Positions 16,915 through 26,304 are shown, numbered from the stretch's first letter. The stretch: DNA of 44,656 bases from Candidatus Eiseniibacteriota bacterium (GCA_030601305.1 JAUVTV010000002.1:1-44656), one strand, 5' to 3'. Program-made: numbers and translations. The notes: a model not told the origin generated them from the sequence alone.

Positions 16915-17514
16915 ATGAAGCACGGCGCGCTGGTAGTCACCTTCTTTCTGTTCCTGGTACTGGCTTTGTCGGTAACGGGGTGCGATGACCAGAAGGCGCC
17001 CCGCTCGCGCCTCCTGGTGGTTCGCATCGCGGAGTCCGACGTCGAGGAGGACACCTACAGTTACGTCTACCTCTCGGACGTCGCCAACGCGGGGGCCGAC
17101 GGCATCCCGGGCACCGAGGACGACTCGGTGGTCGAGGACGAGACCTATCTGACGCTCGAGAACCAGCCCCGCAACAGCGTCCTGGCGATCGACCCCCTTG
17201 GACCGTATGGCGCGGTGGTCCTCACCCGCTATCGGGTCGACTACCTGGTGCCCGGCTCGGACGTCATCGACCCCATCGATGCCGCAATGAACCTGGTCGT
17301 CCACATGGGCGCGAACAATCGGGCCATCACGCGGATCGTGCTCGTCACCGCCATCTCGAAGACCGTGCCACCGCTCAGCACGCTGGCGACCGGCGGCGAG
17401 CTGCTGGTCAACGCGAAGATCACCCTGACCGGCTATGAGGAGACGTCCAAGGAAGACGTCGAAGCGGTGGCCTACATGCAGGTCCACTTCGCGAACTGGA
17501 CCGATCCTGACTAA
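16915..17514 (+). CDS. uncharacterised lipoprotein
   Basis: GGGGAGG RBS; MKHGALVVTFFLFLVLALSVTG-C lipobox; mostly G/C-ending codons; acidic and beta-rich looking. Confidence 0.85.
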   Translation: MKHGALVVTFFLFLVLALSVTGCDDQKAPRSRLLVVRIAESDVEEDTYSYVYLSDVANAGADGIPGTEDDSVVEDETYLTLENQPRNSVLAIDPLGPYGAVVLTRYRVDYLVPGSDVIDPIDAAMNLVVHMGANNRAITRIVLVTAISKTVPPLSTLATGGELLVNAKITLTGYEETSKEDVEAVAYMQVHFANWTDPD

Positions 17515-17676
17515 GTGCCCCGGTTCATGAATACGGTGACGCAACGAGGGCGCCGATGCGCCCGCCCGGCAAGGCGCGACGACGACGCGATGCCGCTCCA
17601 TCACGGAGGAGGAGCAACGCAGCCCGAGCGGGATGCAGCGGCGGCCGAATGCCACCGTATGTATGGATCCGGGTAC
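17515..17676. mobile_element. MITE-like palindromic element (162 bp)
   Basis: 26-nt imperfect terminal inverted repeats (17515-17540 and 17651-17676, 19/26 identical), a second inner stem, flanking TAA direct repeats (17512-14, 17677-79), no credible ORF. Confidence 0.6.
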
Positions 17677-17682
17677 TAAACA

Positions 17683-17706
17683 GCCCGGATGACTTCTGCC
17701 ACGGGC
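17683..17706. repeat. 24-nt palindromic repeat, copy 1
   Basis: GCCCGGATGACTTCTGCCACGGGC, identical to 43849-43872; runs into a CTAG (17706-17709) that carries the lpxK stop. Confidence 0.9.
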
Positions 17707-18800
17707 TAGTCCAGGAGACCGATCCAGTCCGGTTCGCCCGAGACGAAGGCCAGCTCTGCCGGCACGACGACGATCGCCGGCAAGCTGACCGCATGCGCTT
17801 CCATCTTGACGGCGTCCTTCTCCGTGACGAGAAACCCGCTGAGCTTCCTTCGTCGCGCCACGCTCGTGAGGCGCGCCACGTCCTTCGAACCGAACGGTGC
17901 GTGGTCGCGGGCCGCGCGCACCCACGCGGGCTGAACGCCGCGGGCGGTGAGCCCGGCGACGAACGATTCCGGTGCCGCGAGCGCCGTCCAAACGCCCCAG
18001 CGCCCGTCCCGCAGCGCTTCCCATCCGGTCGGCGCACCCGTCAGGGACCGCGGAGTCTGCAGACGGTTCTCGCACCACGCGAGCGGCACCGCGCCCGCGT
18101 GGCGGCGCACGGCGGCTTCCCAGGCGGTGCGTTCCGCACACAGCTCGGCGCGATGCAGCACGACCCAATCGGCCCGGCGCAGACTGCTCCACCCCTCTCG
18201 CCGGTCTCCCCACGGGATGAGGTGTGAACGCCCCGGAGGAAGCGACGCATCCAGCGCGACGATGTCGAGATCGCGCTTCAGCCGGCGATGCTGGAACCCG
18301 CCGTCGACGATCAACACGTCCGTCTCGATGCCCAGTTCGCGGGCCGCCTGCCACGCCTCTTCGCGACGGCGCGCGACGGCCACCGGAACCTCGGGCGAAA
18401 GACGCGCCAGCAGGATCGCCTCCTCACCCACCGTCTCCCAGCCTTCGAGCGGTTTCTCCGACGGCGCGCCGCGGCTCACGAGGCACGGCGCCGCTCGCGG
18501 CCGCGGAGCACCGTAGCCGCGCGCCACCAGGAGAGGACGGCGCCCGCCCGCGTGCAGCCTCGTCGCGATGAGCGCCGCGAGCGGCGTCTTCCCGCTGCCG
18601 CCGGCACTCAAAGAGCCCACGCTGATCACCTTCACCGGCGCATCTCGTGCGGCGAGCAGGCCGCTATCGTACGCGCGATTGCGCAGCCAGGCCGCCCCCC
18701 CGTAGAGCAGCGCCGCAGGGCCGAGGAAGACCGCCAGCAGGAGATCCGCCCCGCGGGCTTCCCCTCGCGCCAAGCGTCTGTGCGCTTCAAGCCAGCCCAT
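17706..18800 (-). CDS. lpxK: tetraacyldisaccharide 4'-kinase
   Basis: VISVGSLSAGGSGKTP, VARGYG, GEEA, IVDGGFQH, LIPWGDRRE, VTEKDAVK. Several motifs diverge but synteny with waaA is clear. Confidence 0.92.
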   Translation of the reverse strand: MGWLEAHRRLARGEARGADLLLAVFLGPAALLYGGAAWLRNRAYDSGLLAARDAPVKVISVGSLSAGGSGKTPLAALIATRLHAGGRRPLLVARGYGAPRPRAAPCLVSRGAPSEKPLEGWETVGEEAILLARLSPEVPVAVARRREEAWQAARELGIETDVLIVDGGFQHRRLKRDLDIVALDASLPPGRSHLIPWGDRREGWSSLRRADWVVLHRAELCAERTAWEAAVRRHAGAVPLAWCENRLQTPRSLTGAPTGWEALRDGRWGVWTALAAPESFVAGLTARGVQPAWVRAARDHAPFGSKDVARLTSVARRRKLSGFLVTEKDAVKMEAHAVSLPAIVVVPAELAFVSGEPDWIGLLD

Positions 18801-20211
18801 CGGATCGTCCCTCGGCAGAAGGCCTGGCCGCCTCTCCGACTGGGAAACCCCAGGCCTCGAGCGCGTCCAGGGTGCGCCCCACCGCCCCGCCCACACGTTC
18901 GGCCCCGCGCAGGGCGGCACCCGCCGCAGTCCGGCACTCCTCGGGCGAAGTTGCCAGGCCGGCGAGTGTCTGTCCCAGCTCCAGCCCGGTGGCCGCCCGG
19001 AAACCGCCGCCCTCGTCCTCCAGCACGGCGGCGACGTCCGCGACGTTGCTCACGTACGATCCGTAGAACACCGGGATGCCCAGCTCGGCGGGTTCGAACA
19101 GGCTGTGTCCACCCACGGGACACAGCGTGCCCCCGACAAAGGCGAGGTCGGCCGCCGCGTAGAAACCGCGCAGCTCACCGACCGTCGTCACGAGCAGGAC
19201 GGCGCGAAGGGTGTCCGGATCCTGTCGACTGCAAGCCGCCGCAACACTCCGCACGGAGGGCAGGAGCGGTCCGCCGAGCTCCCGTCGTTCGAGGATCGGT
19301 AACCCGTGCACCTCGAGCCGGCGGCGCAGCACGCCGGCCCCGTCGGGATGACGCAGCGCGACGACCAGAAGCAGGGGACCCGGAATCTTGCGCAGCGCGT
19401 CCAGGGCATGCGCCAACGCCTCGGCCTCCTCGCGTCTCACGCTCCCGAAGACGATCACCCGATGCCAGTCGCCGCGCACACGCACGCGCTCTTCCGCAGG
19501 CACTCGCCCGCGCGGGCTTTCGTACTTCGTGTTGCCGGTCACGGCGATCTGCTCCGGCGATATCCCCAGCGCGAGCCAGCGTTCCGCATCACCGCCGGTT
19601 TGCGCGGCCACGTACACTCCGCCCAGGAGCTGCCGCAGCCAGGAACCCAGGCGGCGCAGTCGACCGGCCCCACGCTCCGTGAGCCGGGCACTGACGAAGG
19701 CGAGCGGTATGCGCGCGCGGTGAATCTCCGCGATCATGCCGGGCCACACTTCCGTCTCGCACACCAGCACGGCCGGCGGCCGCAGGGTGCCAAGCGTCCG
19801 CCGGACTAGCGCGGGGGCATCCAGTGGGGCGAAGCGCACGGCGCGCGCGCCCGCCGCTTCGGCTTCCGGCGCCAGCTCACGGGCCGTGGGCGTGACCACG
19901 CTGAGCGCCGCCCGTCGACCCCGGCGGTTCAGCTCCCGCAGAAGCGGAAGGGCGCCGCGCATCTCGCCCAGGCTGGCGGCGTGGACCCACAGCGCGCCCT
20001 CGGCGGCGGCCGGGAGCGGGCGCCAGTTCCCGAAGCGCTCGCGCATCTCGCGGCGGTGCCGCATGGCGCGCAGCGCAACATAGGGCGATCCGCCGCACAG
20101 GGCCGCGGCCCAGGCAACCCCGTAGAGACCATCGCCGACACGCGCGAGCCAGGGACGCCGGCCGCTTCGGTCCCTCCGCCGAGGATCTCCTCGTTCAGTC
20201 CCCCGCGGCAT
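18787..20211 (-). CDS. waaA: Kdo transferase
   Basis: LWVHAASLGE, FAPLD, ETEVWP, VTGNTKY, RHP, GELRGFY..ADLAFVGGT..GGHSLFEPA. Confidence 0.94.
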   Translation of the reverse strand: MPRGTERGDPRRRDRSGRRPWLARVGDGLYGVAWAAALCGGSPYVALRAMRHRREMRERFGNWRPLPAAAEGALWVHAASLGEMRGALPLLRELNRRGRRAALSVVTPTARELAPEAEAAGARAVRFAPLDAPALVRRTLGTLRPPAVLVCETEVWPGMIAEIHRARIPLAFVSARLTERGAGRLRRLGSWLRQLLGGVYVAAQTGGDAERWLALGISPEQIAVTGNTKYESPRGRVPAEERVRVRGDWHRVIVFGSVRREEAEALAHALDALRKIPGPLLLVVALRHPDGAGVLRRRLEVHGLPILERRELGGPLLPSVRSVAAACSRQDPDTLRAVLLVTTVGELRGFYAAADLAFVGGTLCPVGGHSLFEPAELGIPVFYGSYVSNVADVAAVLEDEGGGFRAATGLELGQTLAGLATSPEECRTAAGAALRGAERVGGAVGRTLDALEAWGFPVGEAARPSAEGRSDGLA

Positions 20212-20941
20212 GACCGGTCTCCCGCCACCGTTCGAGCACGCGTTTCGTGTGTTGGTGAACCGATTCGATCGCCGCCTCCACGCGGGGGGCCCACTCGGCC
20301 ACCGCGGCCTCGGGCGGCAGATCGTCCGGGACGAAGAACGGTTCCCCGTACCCGATCACCACTTTCGCGAAGAGATGCGGGATGATGAAGCGATCCCACG
20401 ATGCGAGGCGCCTCGCCGGATGGACGCTGACGGCGACCGGCAGGATGGGGAGACCGCCCCGCTGCGCCACCAGCACGGTGCCCGGCTGCACCTTCATACG
20501 CGGGCCGCGCGGGCCGTCGGGCGTGATGGCCAGCGGAACGCCCCGGCGACCCAGTTGCGCCATTTCGATGATCGCCCGGAACCCTCCGCGGCTGGTCGAG
20601 CCACGCGCGGTTCCGTAGCCCAGGCGCTCGATCACCTGCGTGATCATCTCGCCGTCGCGGTGCCGGCTCACCAAGACGATCGCCCCTTCGTTCCGCTTGA
20701 AGTAGCTCAAAGGGAGCAGCTGACCGTGCCAGAAAACGTGGACGAACCCCTTCCCACTCGCCACGCAATGCGCAAAGTGCCCTTCGCCGACGTAGCGCAC
20801 ACGCCACGTCGCACCCACCAAGCGCAAGAGGAGCGCCCCGAAGAAGCCGACCAGCTTCACGCGCAACGGGGCATCCTCCCGCGCGCCTCTCATCGGCGGC
20901 CGCCGGCCCTTTCCCACGGATTGCGCGCGCTTGCGGGTCAC
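20195..20941 (-). CDS. DUF374 lysophospholipid acyltransferase-family protein (LpxJ-like)
   Basis: FWHG, VSRHRDGE, RGSTSRGG, ITPDGPRGP, SWDRFIIP; GTG start overlaps the lpxB stop. Confidence 0.88.
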   Translation of the reverse strand: MTRKRAQSVGKGRRPPMRGAREDAPLRVKLVGFFGALLLRLVGATWRVRYVGEGHFAHCVASGKGFVHVFWHGQLLPLSYFKRNEGAIVLVSRHRDGEMITQVIERLGYGTARGSTSRGGFRAIIEMAQLGRRGVPLAITPDGPRGPRMKVQPGTVLVAQRGGLPILPVAVSVHPARRLASWDRFIIPHLFAKVVIGYGEPFFVPDDLPPEAAVAEWAPRVEAAIESVHQHTKRVLERWRETGHAAGD

Positions 20942-22092
20942 TGCGTGCCCTCTCCCTCGCTGGGGGTGGCTCCCGCCCAGAGATGCGCCAGGACGCGTTT
21001 CGCGGCCCGCTGGTACGCGCCCCGAGGACCGAACCGCTCGCGAAGCGTGACGAGTTCGGCGCGCATGCGCGCGCGCCCCGGTGCATCCTCCAAGATCCGC
21101 TCGATCTCGCCCGCCAGCCGCTGAGGGTTGCAGTCGTCCTGGAGGAGTTCCGGCAGAATCCGCCGTCCCGCGGACAGGTTGGCCATCGAGACCCACGGCA
21201 CGCTCACCATCCGGCGCGCGACCCACCAGGTCAAACGGCTCACGCGATAGACCACCGTCGTGGGAACGCCCATCAGCGCGACCTCGAACGAGGCGGTCCC
21301 AGAGGCTGCCACGGCAATGCCGGCCGTGTCGGCCAGATCCAGGACCGGCTCACGGCTGAGCGCGATGCCGGCTTGCTCCGCCCATGGCCGATAGGCATCC
21401 GCGTCCAGCCGGTCGGCCATCCGCAGCGTCCAGGTGAGCTGCGGCTGCGTCGCGGACAAGCGCTGAACGGCCTGCGCCATCGTCGGGAGATGATGGCGCA
21501 CTTCGCTCGCGCGGCTGCCCGGCAGGAGCAGGCCGCGCCGCACACCGGCGGCGACCGGCGCTTCCGCCGCCTCCGCGCGTGCCCGCGCGGCATCCACCAG
21601 GGGGTGTCCCACGTAGGTCGTCGTCACGCCGCGCTCGCGAAACCATTCCGTCTCGAAGGGGAAGAGCACCAGGAGCTCGCGGACGAAGCGACGCAGCGTC
21701 CGCACGCGACCCGCACGCCACGCCCAGAGCTGCGGGGCGATGAAATAGACCACCGGTACCCCGGCCGCCGCCGCCGTCTTGCACAAACGCAGATTGATCT
21801 CCGGCGAGTCGATGGGCAGGAAGAGATCGGGCGGCTTGCGCCGCAGTTCGCCGCGCAGGCGGGCGAGAAGTCGGAGCGCTCGCGGTACGACCCTCACGGC
21901 CTCCCAGAGACCCACGACCGCCAGGTCATCGTAGGTCGCGAGCATCTCCATGCCGGCATCTTGGAGCTGCGGCCCGCCGACCCCGTAGAATGTACCCGCC
22001 AGCCCCTCGTCGCGCAGCGCGCGCACGAGACCGGCTCCGTGCGCATCACTACTGGCTTCGCCGGCGACGATCAAGATGCGCAGTCGTGGCAT
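20938..22092 (-). CDS. lpxB: lipid A disaccharide synthase
   Basis: VAGEASSD, IDSPE.N, YFIAPQLWAWR, LFPFE, YVGHPL, LLPGSR, SGTA, ELLQ. Confidence 0.96.
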   Translation of the reverse strand: MPRLRILIVAGEASSDAHGAGLVRALRDEGLAGTFYGVGGPQLQDAGMEMLATYDDLAVVGLWEAVRVVPRALRLLARLRGELRRKPPDLFLPIDSPEINLRLCKTAAAAGVPVVYFIAPQLWAWRAGRVRTLRRFVRELLVLFPFETEWFRERGVTTTYVGHPLVDAARARAEAAEAPVAAGVRRGLLLPGSRASEVRHHLPTMAQAVQRLSATQPQLTWTLRMADRLDADAYRPWAEQAGIALSREPVLDLADTAGIAVAASGTASFEVALMGVPTTVVYRVSRLTWWVARRMVSVPWVSMANLSAGRRILPELLQDDCNPQRLAGEIERILEDAPGRARMRAELVTLRERFGPRGAYQRAAKRVLAHLWAGATPSEGEGTQ

Positions 22093-22101
22093 GGCGGCGG
22101 C

Positions 22102-23127
22102 CTAAGGTCCAGAGGTGCGATGCGCGCCGACGGCGGACGGCGGCAGGGATCCGGACGCCAGGCGCTGGAGACTCTCGCGCACCTGGGATTGGATGCGGGT
22201 CGCGATGCGCAGCACGCGAAGCGCCTCCTCCCCGGTGACCGCCGTCGGTCCTCCGTCGCGTGCCGCGGCAAGAAACGCCTGCAGCTCGTCACTGATCGCA
22301 TCGCCTTCGGGAGCGGTCAGCTCCTCCTCGCCCACGCGGAAGCGTCCCACGCCCGGCACTTCGACGTCTCCGTCCGCGTCCGCGCCGATCACCGTGCGAT
22401 GGCCCGTGCGGCGCAGGAAATCGAGCGAGAGATAGCCGGCCGGGCCGAAAAGGCGCATCTTGCGGACGCGCTCACGCGAGACGCGACTCGCGGTGAGATT
22501 CGCCACGGTTCCGTTCTCGAACCGCAGGCGGGCATTCGCGATGTCCTCGCGCGGGGTCAGTACGGCCACACCCACGGCGTCCAAGGACGTGAGCTCATGG
22601 GGAACCAGGCTGAGCAGGATGTCGAGGTCGTGGATCATGAGATCCAGCACGATATCGACATCCAGGCTGCGCGGCACGAACGGCGCCAGCCGTTCGGCCT
22701 CCACGAAGGCCGGGATGCCGATCCTCTCACGCACCGCGCGAAAGATCGGATTGAAGCGCTCGACGTGCCCCACCTGCAGCCGGAGGTCCCGCTCGGCGGC
22801 CAGTGCGAGGAGTGCCTCTCCTTGGGCCACCGTCTGGGTCATCGGCTTCTCGATGAAGATGTGGCATCCGCGTTGCAGGGCTTCCCGCGCCACATCGTGG
22901 TGCGTCTCGGTGGGGGTTGCCAGGACCACCGCGAACGCCGCATCCAACACGGCCCGCAGATCGGTCGTCGCCTGCGCCCCAACCTCCGCCGCCAGTTTCT
23001 CCGCCCGCTCGGACTGCACGTCGACCACCCATCGCGGCTGCGCGGCATCCAGGCGGTGGAGCGCGCGGGCGTGAATCGATCCCAGATGACCGGCCCCCAC
23101 CACCGCGACTGCCTGAGGCGCCGACAT
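22102..23127 (-). CDS. Gfo/Idh/MocA oxidoreductase, GnnA-like (putative UDP-GlcNAc 3-dehydrogenase)
   Basis: GAGHLG..HAR, FIEKP, QVGHVERFNP, DLMIHDLD, ANLTASRVS; lies between lpxA and lpxB. Confidence 0.85.
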   Translation of the reverse strand: MSAPQAVAVVGAGHLGSIHARALHRLDAAQPRWVVDVQSERAEKLAAEVGAQATTDLRAVLDAAFAVVLATPTETHHDVAREALQRGCHIFIEKPMTQTVAQGEALLALAAERDLRLQVGHVERFNPIFRAVRERIGIPAFVEAERLAPFVPRSLDVDIVLDLMIHDLDILLSLVPHELTSLDAVGVAVLTPREDIANARLRFENGTVANLTASRVSRERVRKMRLFGPAGYLSLDFLRRTGHRTVIGADADGDVEVPGVGRFRVGEEELTAPEGDAISDELQAFLAAARDGGPTAVTGEEALRVLRIATRIQSQVRESLQRLASGSLPPSAVGAHRTSGP

Positions 23128-23143
23128 GCGAAACCCTCCTCGA

Positions 23144-23917
23144 TCAGCGCGTCAGGCCGCGTTCGGACTGCTCGACGAACTTGCAGAAGTGATCGATCTC
23201 GGGAAGGGGCTGGCACTCCTCGCGAATTCGCGCGATGGCCTCCTCCTTCACCAGCTTGGACCGGAAGAAGATGCGATACAGGGTGCGCAATTCGCGCAGC
23301 GCCTCGGCCGAGAAACCGCGGCGCTCGAGTCCCACCTGATTGAGCCCGAATGCGCTCAGGGGATGTCCCGCGGCGCGCACATAGGGCGGTACGTCCTTGG
23401 GTACGCGGCACCCGCCGCCGATGATGCAGTGGGCGCCGAGATGCACGAACTGGTGCACCGGGGTCACCCCGCCGACGATGGCGTAGTCCTCCATCGTCAC
23501 GTGGCCCGCGAGATTGGCCGAGTTGGCCAGGATCACGTGGTTGCCCAGCACGCAGTTGTGGGCCACGTGGGCGTAGGACATGATCAGGTTGTCGTCGCCA
23601 ATGGCCGTCACCTCGCCCTCGTCGGTCGCGCGATTGACGGTGCAGAACTCGCGAAACGTGTTGCGCGCTCCGATGCGCACCTGGCTCCGCGCGCCGCGGT
23701 ACTTGAGATCCTGCGGCTCGGCACCGATGGCCGCGCCGTGGAAAAAGCGGCAGTCCGCGCCCACGATCGTCCAGCCGTCGAGGCGGACCATCGACTGCAA
23801 GTGCGCCCGATCCCCGAGGCGAACCTCCGGTCCCACCAGGCAGTAGGGTCCGATGTCGACGTCCGTGCCGAGTTCGGCACCCTTCTCCACGATGGCGGTC
23901 GGGTGGATTGCGCTCAT
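23144..23917 (-). CDS. lpxA: acyl-ACP--UDP-GlcNAc acyltransferase
   Basis: IHPTAIV, hexapeptide repeats, PQDLKY, RE..TVNRAT, HVAHNC, LAGHV, VHQF, KDVPP, GLN..GLERRGF. Confidence 0.97.
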   Translation of the reverse strand: MSAIHPTAIVEKGAELGTDVDIGPYCLVGPEVRLGDRAHLQSMVRLDGWTIVGADCRFFHGAAIGAEPQDLKYRGARSQVRIGARNTFREFCTVNRATDEGEVTAIGDDNLIMSYAHVAHNCVLGNHVILANSANLAGHVTMEDYAIVGGVTPVHQFVHLGAHCIIGGGCRVPKDVPPYVRAAGHPLSAFGLNQVGLERRGFSAEALRELRTLYRIFFRSKLVKEEAIARIREECQPLPEIDHFCKFVEQSERGLTR

Positions 23918-25236
23918 GTCGCCGGATTCTCCCTGTCCACGATGCTCGAGAGCAGCTCGGCCTGCGCCACCAGGCGGCCCCGCACGAAGGCCTTGCCGGC
24001 CATCTTGCAGGTTCGGCTCTTGAGGCGCGTGAGGTGCAAGTCGAGGACGAGTTGATCGCCAGGGACCACCGGCTTGCGGAACTTCGCGTTGTCGATCCCC
24101 ATGAAGTAGACCAGCTTCGACTCGGGATTCTCGACCGTATTCAGCAAGAGCACGCCGCCCACCTGCGCCATGGCCTCGATGATCAACACCGCGGGCATGA
24201 TCGGGAAGCCCGGGAAGTGCCCGGTGAAGAACGGTTCGTTGACCGTGACGTTCTTGATGCCCACCACCCGCTCGCGTTCCTTCAGGTAGAGGATGCGGTC
24301 CACCAGGAGAAACGGGTAGCGGTGCGGCATGATGCGCTGGACATCACGGATGTCGAAGTGGATTTGATCGAGCAGCTGCTCGTACTCGGCCGCGCCGCTG
24401 TGCTCGCGCACCAGCGCGTGCACGAAGCGCACGTTGTGCTGGTGGCCGCTGCGCACGGCGCGGATGTGACCCTGTACCGGCCGGCCGAGAATGGACAGGT
24501 CGCCCAGGAGATCCAGTAGCTTGTGCCGCACGAATTCGTCACGATAGCGCAGCGGCTCCTCGTTCAAGATGCCGTCGTCTTTCACCACGACCGCGTTCTG
24601 CAAGCTGCCGCCCTTGATCATGCCCAGCTCGCGCAGCCGTTCCACATCGCGATAGAGCACGAAGGTGCGCGCGCGGGCGATTTCCTCCTTGAAGCTCTCG
24701 GGGGTCACCTCCAGGCTGCAGTACTGCGTGCCGAGGACCGGATTGTCGAATTGCAGCGTGAAGCTGATGCGCAGCCCGTCGTGCGGCGTCGCCAGGATCT
24801 CGACCCCGTCTTGTTCGTAGGCCACCGGCACGCGGATGACGAATGGCCGGCGCTCGGCGTCCTGTTCGCGGATTCCGGCTTGCTCGAGCCGTTCGACGAA
24901 CGGCGCCGCGCTGCCGTCCTTCGGCTCGGGCACTTCGAGTCCTTGGACTTCGATGATGATGTTGTCCAGGCCGAGGCCGGTCACCGCGGCGAGAACGTGC
25001 TCGACCGTGTGCACCTCGGCCTCCCCGGTGCGCAGGATCGTGCGCCGTCGCCCTTCGCGGTCCTCCACCGAGTTCTCCGGACAGACGCGGATTCGCGGCG
25101 CCGAGGGCAGATCCGCGCGTACGAACCAGATTCCCTGGTCGGCTTCCCCGGGACGGAAGGTGACGGTGTTCTCTTCGCCCGTGTGCAGCCCGACACCGGT
25201 GAGTGTCGCGGCCCGGCCGATCGTTCGCTGCCTCAC
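23914..25236 (-). CDS. lpxC: bifunctional LpxC deacetylase / FabZ dehydratase
   Basis: N-terminal [32 protein letters not shown]; C-terminal [34 protein letters not shown] start overlaps the lpxD stop. Confidence 0.96.
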   Translation of the reverse strand: MRQRTIGRAATLTGVGLHTGEENTVTFRPGEADQGIWFVRADLPSAPRIRVCPENSVEDREGRRRTILRTGEAEVHTVEHVLAAVTGLGLDNIIIEVQGLEVPEPKDGSAAPFVERLEQAGIREQDAERRPFVIRVPVAYEQDGVEILATPHDGLRISFTLQFDNPVLGTQYCSLEVTPESFKEEIARARTFVLYRDVERLRELGMIKGGSLQNAVVVKDDGILNEEPLRYRDEFVRHKLLDLLGDLSILGRPVQGHIRAVRSGHQHNVRFVHALVREHSGAAEYEQLLDQIHFDIRDVQRIMPHRYPFLLVDRILYLKERERVVGIKNVTVNEPFFTGHFPGFPIMPAVLIIEAMAQVGGVLLLNTVENPESKLVYFMGIDNAKFRKPVVPGDQLVLDLHLTRLKSRTCKMAGKAFVRGRLVAQAELLSSIVDRENPAT

Positions 25237-26273
25237 CGTCGGTCGCCCTCCTTCTCCTCCATGTCCGCCACCCTCTTCTTGAGTCGCCGGACTTCCTTGA
25301 GCAGCTCCGGCAGCTGGCGCAGCGCCGCATACATGCGCTTGGCCAAGCCGTGCGAGGTCGCCGGATACCCGGAGACCTGCCCCCCCGCCGGCACCGACTT
25401 GGTCACGCCGCCCTGCGCGCCGACCATGACGTCGTCGCCGAGCTCGATGTGTCCGATGATGCCCACCTGACCGCCCAACGTCACGCGATCGCCGAGGTGG
25501 GTGCTCCCCGCGATGCCCACCTGCGCGCAGAGAATCGAGTTGCGGCCCACACGCACGTTGTGCGCCACCTGGACGAGATTGTCGATGCGCGTTCCCTGTC
25601 GGATGACCGTCGCACCCGTGGTGGCCCGGTCGATGCACGTGTTGGCGCCGATGTCGACGTCGTCCTCGATCACCACGCGTCCCAGCTGGGGCATCTTCTC
25701 ATGCGCGTGCCCCTTGGTCAGGAAACCGAAGCCGTCGTCCCCGATGACCGCCCCCGCGTGGAGGATGACCCGGTCGCCGATCTCGACTTCCTCACGGATG
25801 ACGACATTCGGATAGACGAGACACCGGCTTCCGACGATCACGTCCGCGCCGATGACGACCCCCGGGAACAGGACGGTGTGGTCCCCGATCTGGGTGCGAT
25901 CGCCGATGATGACATGCGGCCCGATCGCGACGTCGATCCCTATCTGGGCCGCGCTCCCCAGCACTGCCGAGGGATGGATCCCAGGTGGAATCGGATTGCG
26001 CTCGCGATGAAACAGCTCCATCGCCGAACGGAAAGCTTCGTACGGCTCCGCCACGCGGATGCACGCGCGCCCGTTGAAGGGATGCTCGCGCGGGAGGATC
26101 ACCGCCGAGGCATGGGTCTTGGCGAGCCACTCCCCGTAGCGCGGGTTGCCGAGGAAGGTGATCTCCCCCGCCTGGGCCTCCTTGATGCCAGCGACTCCCC
26201 GAATCTGCAGGTCGGGATCTCCGATGAGTTCTCCGCCCAAGCGCTCGGCGAGTTCCGCCAGTCGGAATTCCAT
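25233..26273 (-). CDS. lpxD: UDP-3-O-acylglucosamine N-acyltransferase
   Basis: IHPSAV, hexapeptide repeats, [28 protein letters not shown]. Confidence 0.96.
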   Translation of the reverse strand: MEFRLAELAERLGGELIGDPDLQIRGVAGIKEAQAGEITFLGNPRYGEWLAKTHASAVILPREHPFNGRACIRVAEPYEAFRSAMELFHRERNPIPPGIHPSAVLGSAAQIGIDVAIGPHVIIGDRTQIGDHTVLFPGVVIGADVIVGSRCLVYPNVVIREEVEIGDRVILHAGAVIGDDGFGFLTKGHAHEKMPQLGRVVIEDDVDIGANTCIDRATTGATVIRQGTRIDNLVQVAHNVRVGRNSILCAQVGIAGSTHLGDRVTLGGQVGIIGHIELGDDVMVGAQGGVTKSVPAGGQVSGYPATSHGLAKRMYAALRQLPELLKEVRRLKKRVADMEEKEGDRR

Positions 26274-26304
26274 GGTTACCCCCCGGCGACCGTCGGCACG
26301 CCGC

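Noticed and set aside
17525-18227. ORFs crossing the MITE-like element and lpxK end (17525-18037 minus, 17556-18227 plus)
   Set aside because: They overlap lpxK and are translations of palindromic repeat DNA.
20983-23343. 786-aa plus-strand ORF (likewise 27707-29266, 30546-32111, 35373-37259, 40112-41950)
   Set aside because: Antisense to well-supported genes; Arg/Ala/His-rich translations without domain signatures.
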